From assembly GCA_012520575.1 (NCBI GenBank), contig JAAYOB010000018.1, forward strand, positions 1,505-65,504: a stretch of 64,000 nt of DNA. The letters are read 5' to 3'. Below the pieces are notes generated by a model. That model saw nothing but the letters and a program-made list of their open reading frames with translations, had not been told where the DNA came from and ran no database searches. The stretch is from Candidatus Stramentimicrobium fermentans (GTDB lineage Bacteria; Atribacterota; Phoenicimicrobiia; Phoenicimicrobiales; Stramentimicrobiaceae). Positions 29,745 through 40,496 of this stretch are shown one piece after another. Positions within the stretch are counted from its first letter, which is position 1. The number at the start of each line of letters is the position of its first letter. The translations under genes and the position numbers were made by a program.

Positions 29745-30986
29745 ATGTTTTTTAGTATTTATCTGGGCTTAAAGAATCTGTTAAGACAGAAAAGAAGGAA
29801 TATTATCACTATTCTGGTGATTGCCTTCTCCTTTTTAGGTTATCTTTTTGCAGAATCCCTGATGAACGGTATGGAAGAGATGTCCTTTGAGAGCATTCAA
29901 AATTTCGAAACAGGCAATATTCAGATTGCCGAGCCGGATTATTGGGAAGAGAGGGATGAATTACCCATAAAAGGGTTAGTAGCTTGGAATGAGGAGCTGG
30001 AGGGGATTATCGGTCAGACTGACGGTGTAATTGGTGTTTCTCCTGAATTAAAGTTCCCTGCCAATCTGAATAACGGCATAGATGAGATGTCCATTATAGG
30101 ATTGGGAATTAATCCGAAAAAATATAATGAGGTCTTTCAGACCGGAGAATACTTCATAGAAGGGTCATTGGGGACCCTGAATGATAATAAAGCCGTAATC
30201 GGTACAGTACTTGCCGAGCTGATGGATTTAAAGAAAGATGACCATATTATTTTACTGATAAGGACAAAAGAGGATACCTTTAATACTATTGACTTAGAGG
30301 TGGGCGGCATCATACGTACACCCAATCCGATGTTGAACAGCAGAATAGTTTTAATGCCATTGGATATAGCGCAACGCTCTTTGAATGTAGGCGATATGGT
30401 AAGCATGGTTTCACTGAAGACCTCTCCCGCTATGCCCGAAAAAAGTATCATTAAATCTTTAGAAGATAGTTTTCGAGTAAAAAAACTTTCCTCGCAGGTC
30501 TATTCCTGGCGAGAATCAGCGGCTGATGTTATTACACTGAGTACTGCTAAAAAAGGAGGTGCCGGTGCCATCCTCTCCGTAGTTCTCTTAATTGGTATAG
30601 TGGGTATCGTAAATAATATCATACTCTCCGGCATAGAAAGAACTGCCGAAATTGGTATGATGAAAGCCCTGGGAATGAGAGAATGGGAGATTGTCTTGGT
30701 CTTTATGGTAGAAGCTGCCGGTATCGGGGTATTGGGAGGATTGGCAAGCTGTCTCTTGGGTTACCTCTCGGTATTATGGTTGGTGAGTAGTGGATTTAAT
30801 GTGGCTAATTTTGGGGATTGGTCTCAATATGGAATTCCTATAGTTGACAGGATTTATGGTGTCTGGAATTGTCAGGCTTTTCTGTATATCTTTGTATCAA
30901 GTGTAGCCGTTGCGGTATTATCCAGTATATGGCCCTCTTATTGGGCAGCACGGAAAGACCCGGTTGAGGCGATATACCGGCATTGA
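29745..30986 (+). CDS. ABC permease, LolC/E (FtsX/MacB) type
   Basis: KNLLRQKRR, large periplasmic loop, ERTAEIGMMKALG and DPVEAI. Confidence 0.9.
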   Translation: MFFSIYLGLKNLLRQKRRNIITILVIAFSFLGYLFAESLMNGMEEMSFESIQNFETGNIQIAEPDYWEERDELPIKGLVAWNEELEGIIGQTDGVIGVSPELKFPANLNNGIDEMSIIGLGINPKKYNEVFQTGEYFIEGSLGTLNDNKAVIGTVLAELMDLKKDDHIILLIRTKEDTFNTIDLEVGGIIRTPNPMLNSRIVLMPLDIAQRSLNVGDMVSMVSLKTSPAMPEKSIIKSLEDSFRVKKLSSQVYSWRESAADVITLSTAKKGGAGAILSVVLLIGIVGIVNNIILSGIERTAEIGMMKALGMREWEIVLVFMVEAAGIGVLGGLASCLLGYLSVLWLVSSGFNVANFGDWSQYGIPIVDRIYGVWNCQAFLYIFVSSVAVAVLSSIWPSYWAARKDPVEAIYRH

Positions 30987-30996
30987 GGGTTTTAAA

Positions 30997-32250
30997 ATGA
31001 AATTTTTATGGGATTTAGCCCAAAAAAATCTTTCCCGTTCCAGAGCGAGAACCATAGTATCGGTTTTTGCTATTGCTATTGCTGTTATTTCAGTGGTATT
31101 TTTGCGGGGCCTAATCAATGGAGTGCTGGATACCACCTTTGCCAACCATATTCACTATAAAGCGGGACATATCAGAGTCATTGATCAGGAATATAAATTG
31201 AAAGAAGAACTGATACCACTCAACTATACGGTCAATGGTTTTAATGGAGAAGGTTTTAAAGGTATAGCTGAGGAATTAAAGCAGATCGAAGGAGTAAAAC
31301 AGATTCTGCCCCGACTCAGGTTTGCGGCTCTGGTTCCCCATGATGAGAAACTGATAGGTATGCAAGGTTGGGGTGTAGACCCGGAAGGCGAGATCGGCTT
31401 TACAGGAATTGACAAGTATATTACTGAAGGCAGAATGGTGCAATCAGAAAAAAGAGAGTTGGTAATGGGTGCTGATTTAATGGAAAAGCTGGGTAAGCAA
31501 GTCGGAGATAAAGTCACTTTCCTCTATAATACTGTCTTTGATTCTTTTCGTGCTTCTACTTTTCTGCTGGTAGGGAAGGTGGAGAGCAACCTTGATTTTT
31601 TAGATAAGGCGGTATTCTTTTTGCCATTGGAACAGGCACAGACCATTCTGGAGATGGATGGCGAGGTTACCGAATTACTGATTATCACACCGAATTACAA
31701 TCAAGCGGATAAGATATTGCCCCAAATTACAGAACTTTTTAAGATTAAAGATCCGTTCCAAAAGTATGCCCTGCAGCTCTGGAACAGAGATTATGAGCTG
31801 ATTGAGCTGTTTAACTTTGCTAATGTTTTTTATGATTTTATATATATCTTTATTCTGATTCTATCCTGCTTTGTGCTGATAAATACGCTTATTATGATTG
31901 TCAATGAGAGAAAGAGAGAGATAGGTATGATGAGCGCACTCGGTTTAAACTCCAATGAGATCCTCTCACTCTTTGCTTTGGAAGGGGTAATCATCGGTAC
32001 TTTAGGTAGTGCTATCGGAGTGGTTATTGGTGGGGTGCTGACCAAAGTTTTTTCCACGGCGGGTTTGGATTTTAGCGCAGCCATGGAGGGAGTATCGGCA
32101 GATTTACTGTTTGAACCGATGTTTTATACAGTGTTCAGTATGGAAAATTTAATTTTTGCTTTTCTATTGGGAGTGACAGTGGTGACACTGGCATGCATGA
32201 TACCGGCCGGTATGGCAGCTCGATTGGATCCGGTGGGGGCTTTACGTTAA
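30997..32250 (+). CDS. ABC permease, LolC/E (FtsX/MacB) type
   Basis: KNLSRSRART, ERKREIGMMSALG and LDPVGALR; ATG at 30997 after GAGGG. Confidence 0.9.
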   Translation: MKFLWDLAQKNLSRSRARTIVSVFAIAIAVISVVFLRGLINGVLDTTFANHIHYKAGHIRVIDQEYKLKEELIPLNYTVNGFNGEGFKGIAEELKQIEGVKQILPRLRFAALVPHDEKLIGMQGWGVDPEGEIGFTGIDKYITEGRMVQSEKRELVMGADLMEKLGKQVGDKVTFLYNTVFDSFRASTFLLVGKVESNLDFLDKAVFFLPLEQAQTILEMDGEVTELLIITPNYNQADKILPQITELFKIKDPFQKYALQLWNRDYELIELFNFANVFYDFIYIFILILSCFVLINTLIMIVNERKREIGMMSALGLNSNEILSLFALEGVIIGTLGSAIGVVIGGVLTKVFSTAGLDFSAAMEGVSADLLFEPMFYTVFSMENLIFAFLLGVTVVTLACMIPAGMAARLDPVGALR

Positions 32251-32358
32251 ATATATTAAGAGAAAAAGATAGTCGAGAAAGGAGAATGCAGTCTGGAGAA
32301 TAGAAAAAAATTCAAAAAGAATAAGGATAGAAATAAATATAGTAATAAAAATATCTTA

Positions 32359-33087
32359 GTGAGAATAATCTCATTCTTGTTTTTAATGATTTTTGCAATA
32401 GCCGCATCTGCCGAGCTGACTGCTTTAGAAATCATAGAAAAGAGAGATGAGAATGAATATATACGCTCAGCCGTTGTTGAAGCTACCATGATAATAAGCC
32501 GGGGGAATAGAAAAATAGAGAAAACCATGGTCAGCTATACTAAAGACAAAAACGCCTTAGCGGAATTTACCAATCCTGCTGATAGGGGAAGTAAGTTTTT
32601 GAAAAGGGACGATAATCTCTGGCTCTTTTTTCCGGATGCCGAGGAGATTGTAAAAATATCCGGTCATATGTTGGAACAAGGGTTTATGGGCAGTGATTTT
32701 TCATTTCAGGATGTGATGGAATCTGATAAATTGGTTGAGCTTTATACCTTTAGCCTATTAGGAAAAGAGGTTTTTGAAGAGCGTCCTTGTTATGTCATTG
32801 AAGCAACCGCCCTCCCCGGTAAGAAGGTATCCTATTACCGCAGGAAAGTATGGATAGATAAAGAGCGTTTTGTGACCCTGAAGGGCGAGCTCTATACCCA
32901 AAACGGACGACTGCTAAAGGAGAGCAAAGTAGAGAAGCTCGAGGAGATAGATGGGCGGTGGTTAGCAGTACAGTCTATTATGGAGAACAAATTACGGAAG
33001 AATACCTATACTCGATTTATTATTAATAATATTGACTTAGCTCCCAAATTAGATGATAAAATTTTTAGCCTGCAGAGCTTACGTTAA
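32359..33087 (+). CDS. LolA-like outer-membrane lipoprotein-sorting protein
   Basis: EFTNPADRGSKFLK..DNLW, GFMGSDFS and GRLLK; signal peptide; the start may lie further upstream. Confidence 0.85.
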   Translation: MRIISFLFLMIFAIAASAELTALEIIEKRDENEYIRSAVVEATMIISRGNRKIEKTMVSYTKDKNALAEFTNPADRGSKFLKRDDNLWLFFPDAEEIVKISGHMLEQGFMGSDFSFQDVMESDKLVELYTFSLLGKEVFEERPCYVIEATALPGKKVSYYRRKVWIDKERFVTLKGELYTQNGRLLKESKVEKLEEIDGRWLAVQSIMENKLRKNTYTRFIINNIDLAPKLDDKIFSLQSLR

Positions 33088-33328
33088 TAAGTAAAAAAAT
33101 TAGGATACCATTCGAACAGTTTCTACAGAACCCCTTTTTTATTTTACAATGGGAAAATAAGGAAGGGAATTTTTATTTATAAGTTTAGCTAAATATTTTA
33201 AAAGCTTGTTTTATAAAACGATGTTATAGCCTTTTTAAAATTTCCATAATAAGTTATTATTACTATACCATTGTAAATAGATATGTATTTTGTAAAGAAG
33301 GTTGCTAAGTGAAAGGAGTAAGTAGCAA

Positions 33329-34366
33329 ATGGTGATTAATTTAAGGAGTGATACCCAGACTCTGCCTACTGAGGAGATGTTAGAGGCAATGAGAAATGCC
33401 TCTTTGGGTGATGATGTGTTAGGAGAAGATCCTACGGTCAATAAGCTGGAAAAGTTATCTGCCGAAATGTTAGGTAAAGAAGCAGCGCTTTTGGTGGCGA
33501 GCGGTACCATGGGCAATCTCTGTGCCCTGATGAGCCATACCCATCCCGGTGATGAAGTTATCTTAGAGGCCGAGTCTCATACCTACTATTATGAAGTGGG
33601 TGGATTTTCGGCCTTAGCCGGGCTTTCTCCCCGTTTTGTACAGGGTGAACATGGCATAATGTCAGTGGATAAGATTAAAGAGGCAATCAGACCGGGAGAT
33701 ATTCATTTTCCTCACCCGACTCTATTATGTATTGAGAATACCCATAACCGTGGTGGAGGGACAGTATATCCGGTCACTCTGATGGATGAGATTGCCCAAT
33801 TTGCCCATAAGCAGGGTTTGAAAGTTCATATAGATGGTGCGCGTATCTTTAATGCCTCTGTTGCCTTAGGGGTTTCGGTAACGGAATTAGTGAAAAGTGC
33901 CGATTCAGTGATGTTCTGCCTCTCCAAAGGATTGAGCGCACCGATTGGTTCCATACTGGCAGGAGATAAGGGCTTTGTAGAGAAAGCAAGGAAAGTAAGA
34001 AAGATGGTTGGAGGGGGTATGAGGCAGGCAGGAATAATAGCTGCTGCCGGTATAGTAGCTTTAGAGAAAATGGTTGACCGCTTATCAGAGGACCATGCAT
34101 ATGCCCGCTATATTGCTGAGGAATTGATTAAAGTTGGCGGTTTGAATATTGATTTAGAAACTGTACAGACCAATATGGTCTATTGCGATACCAGCCCTTT
34201 GAAAATTAGCGCAGACCAATTTGCCAACCTGCTTAAAGAACAGGGATTGTTAGTTTCAGCAGTTTCAACCGATCAGATACGCCTGGTAACCAGCCGCCAT
34301 ATAACTGATAAAGAGGCCGGCGAGGTTATTGCAACAATTAAGAGAGTAATCGAAAACGTACTGTAA
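33329..34366 (+). CDS. ltaE: Low-specificity L-threonine aldolase
   Basis: LRSDTQT, GDDVLGEDP, SGTMGN, HIDGAR, CLSKGL.AP and GGGMRQAG. Confidence 0.95.
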   Translation: MVINLRSDTQTLPTEEMLEAMRNASLGDDVLGEDPTVNKLEKLSAEMLGKEAALLVASGTMGNLCALMSHTHPGDEVILEAESHTYYYEVGGFSALAGLSPRFVQGEHGIMSVDKIKEAIRPGDIHFPHPTLLCIENTHNRGGGTVYPVTLMDEIAQFAHKQGLKVHIDGARIFNASVALGVSVTELVKSADSVMFCLSKGLSAPIGSILAGDKGFVEKARKVRKMVGGGMRQAGIIAAAGIVALEKMVDRLSEDHAYARYIAEELIKVGGLNIDLETVQTNMVYCDTSPLKISADQFANLLKEQGLLVSAVSTDQIRLVTSRHITDKEAGEVIATIKRVIENVL

Positions 34367-34459
34367 ATAAATAATAATTTCGGCTTAATGTATGTTAGAA
34401 TAAACATGAGTTACTCAGGATAAGGAAACACTAATTCGTGAGATGTAAAGGATTAACAT

Positions 34460-35152
34460 GTGAACATAATTAAAGACACCTTGAAGGAAGTGATCTACGC
34501 TATTTTGCCGATAGCCTTAGTGATTGTTTTCTTTCAATTTACCATTCTCCATCTTCCCACCAAGGACTTTCTTAATTTTTTGGTGGGGGTATTCTTTGCC
34601 TTCGTCGGTTTTGTACTATTTCTTGTGGGAGTTAATGCCAGCTTATTGCCCATCGGTGAAGCTTTTGGGGCTACTCTAATTCAGGATGAGAAGGTCTGGC
34701 TTTTAATGGGTTTTGGTTTTACCTTAGGTTTTACAGTGGTAATAGCAGAGCCGGGACTGCAGATTTTAGCAGGCCAGGTTGCAAAGTCCTCCGGTGGTGA
34801 AATACCTAAATACCTATTACTAGTAATGGTTGCTTTAGGGATGGGGTCATTTTTTACCCTTTCTCTAACCAGGATTATCTTTGGAGTGTCTTTATTAAAA
34901 ATACTGTTGGTTAGCTATATTCTATTGTTTACATTAGCATTGTTTTCCCTACCGGAATTCTTTACAGTGGCTTTTGATGCCGGAGGAGTAACCACAGGTC
35001 CTTTAGTGGTACCTTTTATCTTGGCACTGGGGGTGGGTATGTCTGCTATCAGAGGACCTAAGGCGGGTACTGAAGACAGTTTTGGATTTGTGGGTTTGTC
35101 TGCCGTCGGTTCCATTATGGCAGTGTTGATATTGGGGATAATATACCGATGA
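34460..35152 (+). CDS. DUF1538 family membrane protein
   Basis: IAEPGL, AFDAGGVTTGP..VPFILA.G and DSFGFVGL. Confidence 0.88.
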   Translation: MNIIKDTLKEVIYAILPIALVIVFFQFTILHLPTKDFLNFLVGVFFAFVGFVLFLVGVNASLLPIGEAFGATLIQDEKVWLLMGFGFTLGFTVVIAEPGLQILAGQVAKSSGGEIPKYLLLVMVALGMGSFFTLSLTRIIFGVSLLKILLVSYILLFTLALFSLPEFFTVAFDAGGVTTGPLVVPFILALGVGMSAIRGPKAGTEDSFGFVGLSAVGSIMAVLILGIIYR

Positions 35153-35952
35153 CGATATTTGTTGACGAATTGATAGTGTTAGTCAAAGAAATATTTATAT
35201 CTTTACTACCACTACTAATTATATTTTTAATATTTCAGTTTATTCGTTTAAAGCTGCCCAAAGAACAATTTTTGGTCATAATTAGGGGAATAGTTTTGAC
35301 TTTTGTGGGTTTAGTGCTTTTTTTATTGGGTATAAAGGTTGGCTTTATCAGGGTGGGAGAATTAATAGGGCAAACCCTAGGCACACTTGATCATAATTGG
35401 ATTTTGATACCTATCGGCTTTTTATTAGGATTATTAGTGACTCTGGCTGAACCGGGGGTCAGAATTTTAGCTCTTGAGGTAGAAAAAGTTACCGGTGGAT
35501 ATATCAGTAGAAAGATAATTCTTTATTTTCTAGCGATTGGAGTGGCTCTCGCAGTTGCCCTGTCTATGTTTAGAATGTTAAAAGGTATATCCTTATGGTA
35601 TTTCTTATTACCGGGTTATTGCACTATTTTAACTTTGATGTGGTTTGTAAAACCGATGTTTGTAGCCATTGCCTTTGATTCAGGAGGGTTTGCCACCGGG
35701 CCGATGATTACTACCTTTATGCTGGCTCTTATGGTGGGCAGCTCTGCAGCCATTAAAGGAAGTAATCCGCTTTTAGATGCCTTTGGTATGGTGGCAATGG
35801 TGGCAATGGTTCCTATTTTTTCTGTCTTGGTCTTGGGAGTATTATACAAAAGAGAAGAGTTAAGAATAGCAAGACTCGAAAAGCAGGATAGATTAAAAGA
35901 AGAAAAAGAGATAGGGAACGCAAATAGCATATCTCATTCTTTGGATAGATGA
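35149..35952 (+). CDS. DUF1538 family membrane protein
   Basis: LAEPGV, AFDSGGFATGPM and DAFGMVAMVAM. Confidence 0.88.
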   Translation: MTIFVDELIVLVKEIFISLLPLLIIFLIFQFIRLKLPKEQFLVIIRGIVLTFVGLVLFLLGIKVGFIRVGELIGQTLGTLDHNWILIPIGFLLGLLVTLAEPGVRILALEVEKVTGGYISRKIILYFLAIGVALAVALSMFRMLKGISLWYFLLPGYCTILTLMWFVKPMFVAIAFDSGGFATGPMITTFMLALMVGSSAAIKGSNPLLDAFGMVAMVAMVPIFSVLVLGVLYKREELRIARLEKQDRLKEEKEIGNANSISHSLDR

Positions 35953-36027
35953 TATCATGATATTATTTTCTGAATTGTCAGGAAAATTAGATGGATGTTT
36001 TTATAAATGGAATAGGGGGTAAGGGAG

Positions 36028-36375
36028 ATGGCTGAAGTTGACATTGAATTCGATTTAATTGTAACTATCGTCGATAAAGGAAAAGCCGGCTATGTAGTGG
36101 AAGCATCTAAAAGGGCAGGAGCTTTAGGGGGCACTATACTCTTGGGGCGAGGTTCGGGAACTCGTGAAGGTAGGAAGATATTCGGGATTCCGATCGAGCC
36201 GGAAAAAGAGATAGTCTTAACTTTGATTGACCAACAGCAATCTTCTAAGGTGCTGAAGGCAATTCAAGTAGAGCTGCACTTGGATGAACCGGGAAAAGGG
36301 ATTGCCTTTGCGTTAGATGTAAAACATATTGTTGGCATTCATCATGTTTATAATCTTTGTAACAAAGATAGCTGA
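36028..36375 (+). CDS. PII-like (GlnB fold) signal protein
   Basis: LIVTIV.KG, GA.GGTIL.GRGSG, EPEKEIVL and PGKGIAF. Confidence 0.85.
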   Translation: MAEVDIEFDLIVTIVDKGKAGYVVEASKRAGALGGTILLGRGSGTREGRKIFGIPIEPEKEIVLTLIDQQQSSKVLKAIQVELHLDEPGKGIAFALDVKHIVGIHHVYNLCNKDS

Positions 36376-36444
36376 CCTAACTAACCAAAGAATAATTAGA
36401 ATTAGGCATAACTATTTTTTAATAATGGCCTTTACTAACAAAAG

Positions 36445-37275
36445 ATGAAAGATGACAAGTTTTCTCATAAGAAATATCTTCACTACTCATATTCATGGGT
36501 ATTACTAATAATATTGCTCTTTCTGCCCATAGTTTCTTGCTGTCAGAAAATTATAGTTGATGATGATAATGAACTCATCAATCTTCTTTCCTATGAAATT
36601 ATCGATATTTTTCCTCATGACCCCGCTGCCTTTACCCAGGGGTTAGTCTGGGAAGATGGTTTTCTCTATGAAGGGACCGGGCTTTATGGCTCCTCCTCTT
36701 TACGCAAGGTAGAACTAAAGACCGGAAAGGTTTTACAATGCCATAATCTTAATGATGATTATTTCGGAGAAGGAATCACTATCTTCAATGGCAGAATATA
36801 TCAACTGACCTGGCAGGAGAAGACCGGCTTTATCTATGATAAGGAGACTTTTAAACTACTGGACACTTTTACTTATCTCTCTGAAGGGTGGGGAATTACG
36901 CATGATGGAGACAATCTCATTATTAGTGATGGGAGTTCGACTCTCCGCTTTTTAGATCCAATCAAAATGGAAGAAGTAAAGCAGCTACGAGTACATTACA
37001 AAGGAAACACCATCTCTAATCTCAATGAATTAGAATATATCAAAGGTAAAATATATGCCAACATCTGGCAGACTACTCTGATTGCTATCGTCGACCCGGA
37101 TACCGGAGAAGTGGTCAGCTGGATTAATTTAGGAGAGATCCTTATTTCGGTCGAGGAGGACAGTTGCCAAAAGATAGACGTCTTAAACGGTATTGCCTAC
37201 AATGAAGGGAAGGATAGCCTCTTTGTTACCGGTAAACTCTGGCCCAAAATATTTGAGATAAAAATCCATAATTAG
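36445..37275 (+). CDS. Glutaminyl-peptide cyclotransferase (bacterial/plant type), likely lipoprotein
   Basis: PHDPAAFTQGL, EGTGLYG, FGEG, EGWG, LNELE, VLNGIA and TGKLWP. Confidence 0.93.
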   Translation: MKDDKFSHKKYLHYSYSWVLLIILLFLPIVSCCQKIIVDDDNELINLLSYEIIDIFPHDPAAFTQGLVWEDGFLYEGTGLYGSSSLRKVELKTGKVLQCHNLNDDYFGEGITIFNGRIYQLTWQEKTGFIYDKETFKLLDTFTYLSEGWGITHDGDNLIISDGSSTLRFLDPIKMEEVKQLRVHYKGNTISNLNELEYIKGKIYANIWQTTLIAIVDPDTGEVVSWINLGEILISVEEDSCQKIDVLNGIAYNEGKDSLFVTGKLWPKIFEIKIHN

Positions 37276-37450
37276 ATAACTATCTGCTAATTAATTGGTA
37301 TGGTTTTTTAACAAGTTAACCAATTATATTCTATTAAAACCTCTGCTATGGTGTAAAATTTATTTTAAAATGAGCTTATTCGATGTTATATTAATTATGC
37401 TAATTTTTAATTGTCAAAAACGTAACCAAGAATTAATAAAATTGTGAGAT

Positions 37451-39202
37451 GTGATGTTTAAAAAATTCATTCATTATTATAAACCTTATAAGGGAATATT
37501 TTTTATAGATTTATTGAGTGCCACCATTATTGCGGCTATTGACTTGGTATTTCCGGCGATAACCAGATTGTTTATTAATAACATAATTCCGGAAAACCAA
37601 TTCCGGCTTTTTTATATCTATATCGGGGTTTTAGTAATTCTTTCCATAATACGAACTATTGCCAACTATGTAGTAAATTTCTGGGGTCATGCTATGGGAA
37701 CCAGAATGGAAAGGGATATGAGGACAGACATCTTTACCCATTTACAAACATTATCCTTAGACTATTTTGATAATGTTAAGACCGGGCATCTAATGTCCCG
37801 AGTGATCAATGACATAAGTAATATTGGGGAGCTGGCTCACCATGGTCCGGAAGATTTGTTCTTATCCTTTATTATGATTGTTGGGTCTTTTATCATCCTA
37901 TTTCGTATAGAATGGCGGCTTACCATAGTCCTCTATAGTTTTCTGATTATATTAATGGGCTATACGGTCTATAAGAGAAAAAAGATGACCGCAGTATATC
38001 GCTTGGTTAGAAAAAAAATTGCCAATGTGAATGCCCAATTAGAGAATAGTATTTCCGGGATAAGGGTGGCTAAGGCCTTTACCAATGAAGAGTACGAATT
38101 AGAAAAATTTGACATGGGGAATCAAGAGTTTAACCAATCCCGGGAGATGGCTTATAAGGTTATGGCTGAATTTTATTCTACAATAATGTTCTTACTCGGC
38201 TTTTTAGATATAATAGCTCTGGGATTGGGCGGCTATTTAGTTTTTCAGAAAGTAATAAATATTGGTGATTTAGTTGCTTATCTCTTGTATATCAGTTTTT
38301 TCCTACAGCCGATTCGTAGATTGACTAACTTTACCGAACAGCTGCAAGAAGGTATCAGTGGTTTTGAAAGACTGGTAGAGATAATGTCCATTAAACCTAC
38401 TATTATTGACAAAGAAGATGCTGTTGAGTTGAATAGTGTTAGTGGAAGAATTGAATTTAAAAATGTCTCCTTCAGCTATAAAAAAGAAGAAGTTGTATTG
38501 TCAGATATTAACCTGACTATCAATACCGGTCAGACTTTAGCATTGGTAGGGCCTTCTGGTGCCGGTAAAACCACCTTATGTCATCTCATACCACGCTTTT
38601 ATGAGATAAATTCAGGTGAAATTCTTATAGATGGTATCAATATTCAAGATATTACCATGTATTCTCTGCGTAAAAATATCGGTCTGGTGCAGCAGGATGT
38701 CTTCTTATTTACCGGTACTATTGGGGAGAACATCTTGTATGGTAAACCGGATGCCAACGAAGAAGAGGTAATACAGGCGGCTATTGATGCTAATATAGAT
38801 GATTTTATTCAGACTTTGCCTGATAAATATGATACCTATGTCGGTGAAAAGGGCGTTATGCTCTCCGGTGGTCAAAAACAGAGAATATCGCTGGCTAGGG
38901 CTTTTCTGAAAAATCCGCCTATCTTAATTTTGGATGAGGCAACCTCCTCGCTCGATGCCGAAACAGAGGCAATTATCCAGGAATCACTAGAAAAACTGGT
39001 CATTGGTCGTACTGTTCTGGTCATAGCACACCGCCTTTCTACCATTAGAAATGCTGACCAGATTATCGTTCTGACCAATAAAGGGATTATTGAAAAAGGA
39101 ACACATGAAGAATTACTCGCCAATGATAAGTTGTATTCCAAGCTCTACCAATCACAATTCAAGGGCTTCATACCTGATGAGGTGCAGAAAAATAACAATT
39201 GA
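37451..39202 (+). CDS. ABC exporter, fused permease + ATPase (MdlB/MsbA-like)
   Basis: TM domain with AHHGPED; GPSGAGKT, LSGGQKQR and LDEATSSLD. Confidence 0.93.
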   Translation: MMFKKFIHYYKPYKGIFFIDLLSATIIAAIDLVFPAITRLFINNIIPENQFRLFYIYIGVLVILSIIRTIANYVVNFWGHAMGTRMERDMRTDIFTHLQTLSLDYFDNVKTGHLMSRVINDISNIGELAHHGPEDLFLSFIMIVGSFIILFRIEWRLTIVLYSFLIILMGYTVYKRKKMTAVYRLVRKKIANVNAQLENSISGIRVAKAFTNEEYELEKFDMGNQEFNQSREMAYKVMAEFYSTIMFLLGFLDIIALGLGGYLVFQKVINIGDLVAYLLYISFFLQPIRRLTNFTEQLQEGISGFERLVEIMSIKPTIIDKEDAVELNSVSGRIEFKNVSFSYKKEEVVLSDINLTINTGQTLALVGPSGAGKTTLCHLIPRFYEINSGEILIDGINIQDITMYSLRKNIGLVQQDVFLFTGTIGENILYGKPDANEEEVIQAAIDANIDDFIQTLPDKYDTYVGEKGVMLSGGQKQRISLARAFLKNPPILILDEATSSLDAETEAIIQESLEKLVIGRTVLVIAHRLSTIRNADQIIVLTNKGIIEKGTHEELLANDKLYSKLYQSQFKGFIPDEVQKNNN

Positions 39203-39502
39203 CAACAGATTGGAAAGTAGCCCAGCTAATGATGACATAAGGGTAAAACCAAGGGCTGAGCCATAGACAAAGTTGATAGACCCCTTTAAGCCATATTAAT
39301 GATCTCATACCATATTCTTTTTTATGCCTATTGCTAAGAGTCGAAATCTAATAAGGAGTCAATAGATATAGTTCAAATAATTTTGTAAAAAACAAATGGT
39401 AAAATGTTCTAAAAAATTTTGCCATATAACTACACTTTCATTATAATGTTACTAAATATTTTACTAATATCAGTTATGGGTTGGTATTGAGGAGGAAATG
39501 AA

Positions 39503-40495
39503 TTGAATATAGCATTAGACGTAATGGGGGGAGATTATAGTCCTGAGGAGACCATTAAAGGTGCCTCTCTTTTTTTGAAAGAAAAGGACTGTACTCTAAC
39601 TCTTTTAGGAGAAAAAGATGTAGTTAGTTCCGTTATGGGCAACTATTCTTTTGACAAAAACAAGGTTAAAGTTGTGAATTGCCCCAACAGTAATAGTAAT
39701 GAAGTATTTTCTATTGATGTCATAAAAGGGAAAGAGGGTTCTCCCATAATAACAGGTATGGATTTGTTAAAAAATGATAAGGCGGATGCCTTTGTTTCAG
39801 CCGGTAATAGCGGTGCAATCATGGCTGGTGCCCTTTTGAAGCTGGGCTGTATTCCGGGTGTAAAACGTCCGGCAATAGCTATCATTATCCCGACTTTAAA
39901 CGGCAATAAAGTTATCTTGGATGTGGGTGCCAATGTAGATTGTAAACCAATTCATCTGCTCCATTTTGCCCTTATGGGTAATGCCTATGCTAAATACGAA
40001 TTGGGATTTGAAAACCCTAAAGTAGCGCTCTTGAATATTGGAGAAGAGGAGAATAAGGGAAATCGATTAACCCGAGAGGCATACCCGCTGCTCGCCGAGA
40101 GAGGGGATTTAAATTTTGTCGGCAATATCGAAGGTCGGGATATTTTTATGGGAACGGCAGATGTTATTGTCTGTGATGGATTTGTAGGTAATATTATCTT
40201 AAAGACAGCTGAAGGGCTTTCCGGTATGTTTATGACGGATTTTAAACTGAGTATTTTGAGGAGTCTTCCCGCGGGAGATATAACGGAAATGCTCAAAGAA
40301 AGATTTAACGATTATGCCATCCGAAGAAATTATAAAACATATGGCGGGGTACCTCTCTTAGGGGTAAACGGACTATGCTTTATCTGTCATGGCCGTTCCA
40401 AAGCCGAAGCGATTAGAAATGCTTTACATGGTGCCTCGATATTTGTGCAGAATAAGGGGTTAGAGCACCTGAAAAAAATAAACCTTGAAAATTAA
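39503..40495 (+). CDS. plsX: Phosphate acyltransferase PlsX
   Basis: IALDVMGGD, SAGNSGA, LDVGAN, LNIGEEENKG, CDGFVGN and HGRS. Confidence 0.95.
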   Translation: MNIALDVMGGDYSPEETIKGASLFLKEKDCTLTLLGEKDVVSSVMGNYSFDKNKVKVVNCPNSNSNEVFSIDVIKGKEGSPIITGMDLLKNDKADAFVSAGNSGAIMAGALLKLGCIPGVKRPAIAIIIPTLNGNKVILDVGANVDCKPIHLLHFALMGNAYAKYELGFENPKVALLNIGEEENKGNRLTREAYPLLAERGDLNFVGNIEGRDIFMGTADVIVCDGFVGNIILKTAEGLSGMFMTDFKLSILRSLPAGDITEMLKERFNDYAIRRNYKTYGGVPLLGVNGLCFICHGRSKAEAIRNALHGASIFVQNKGLEHLKKINLEN

Positions 40496-40496
40496 T

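Noticed and set aside
39200..39330. Minus-strand hydrophobic fragment INFVYGSALGFTLMSSLAGLLS
   Set aside because: Only a vague resemblance to TVP38/DedA proteins; insufficient evidence
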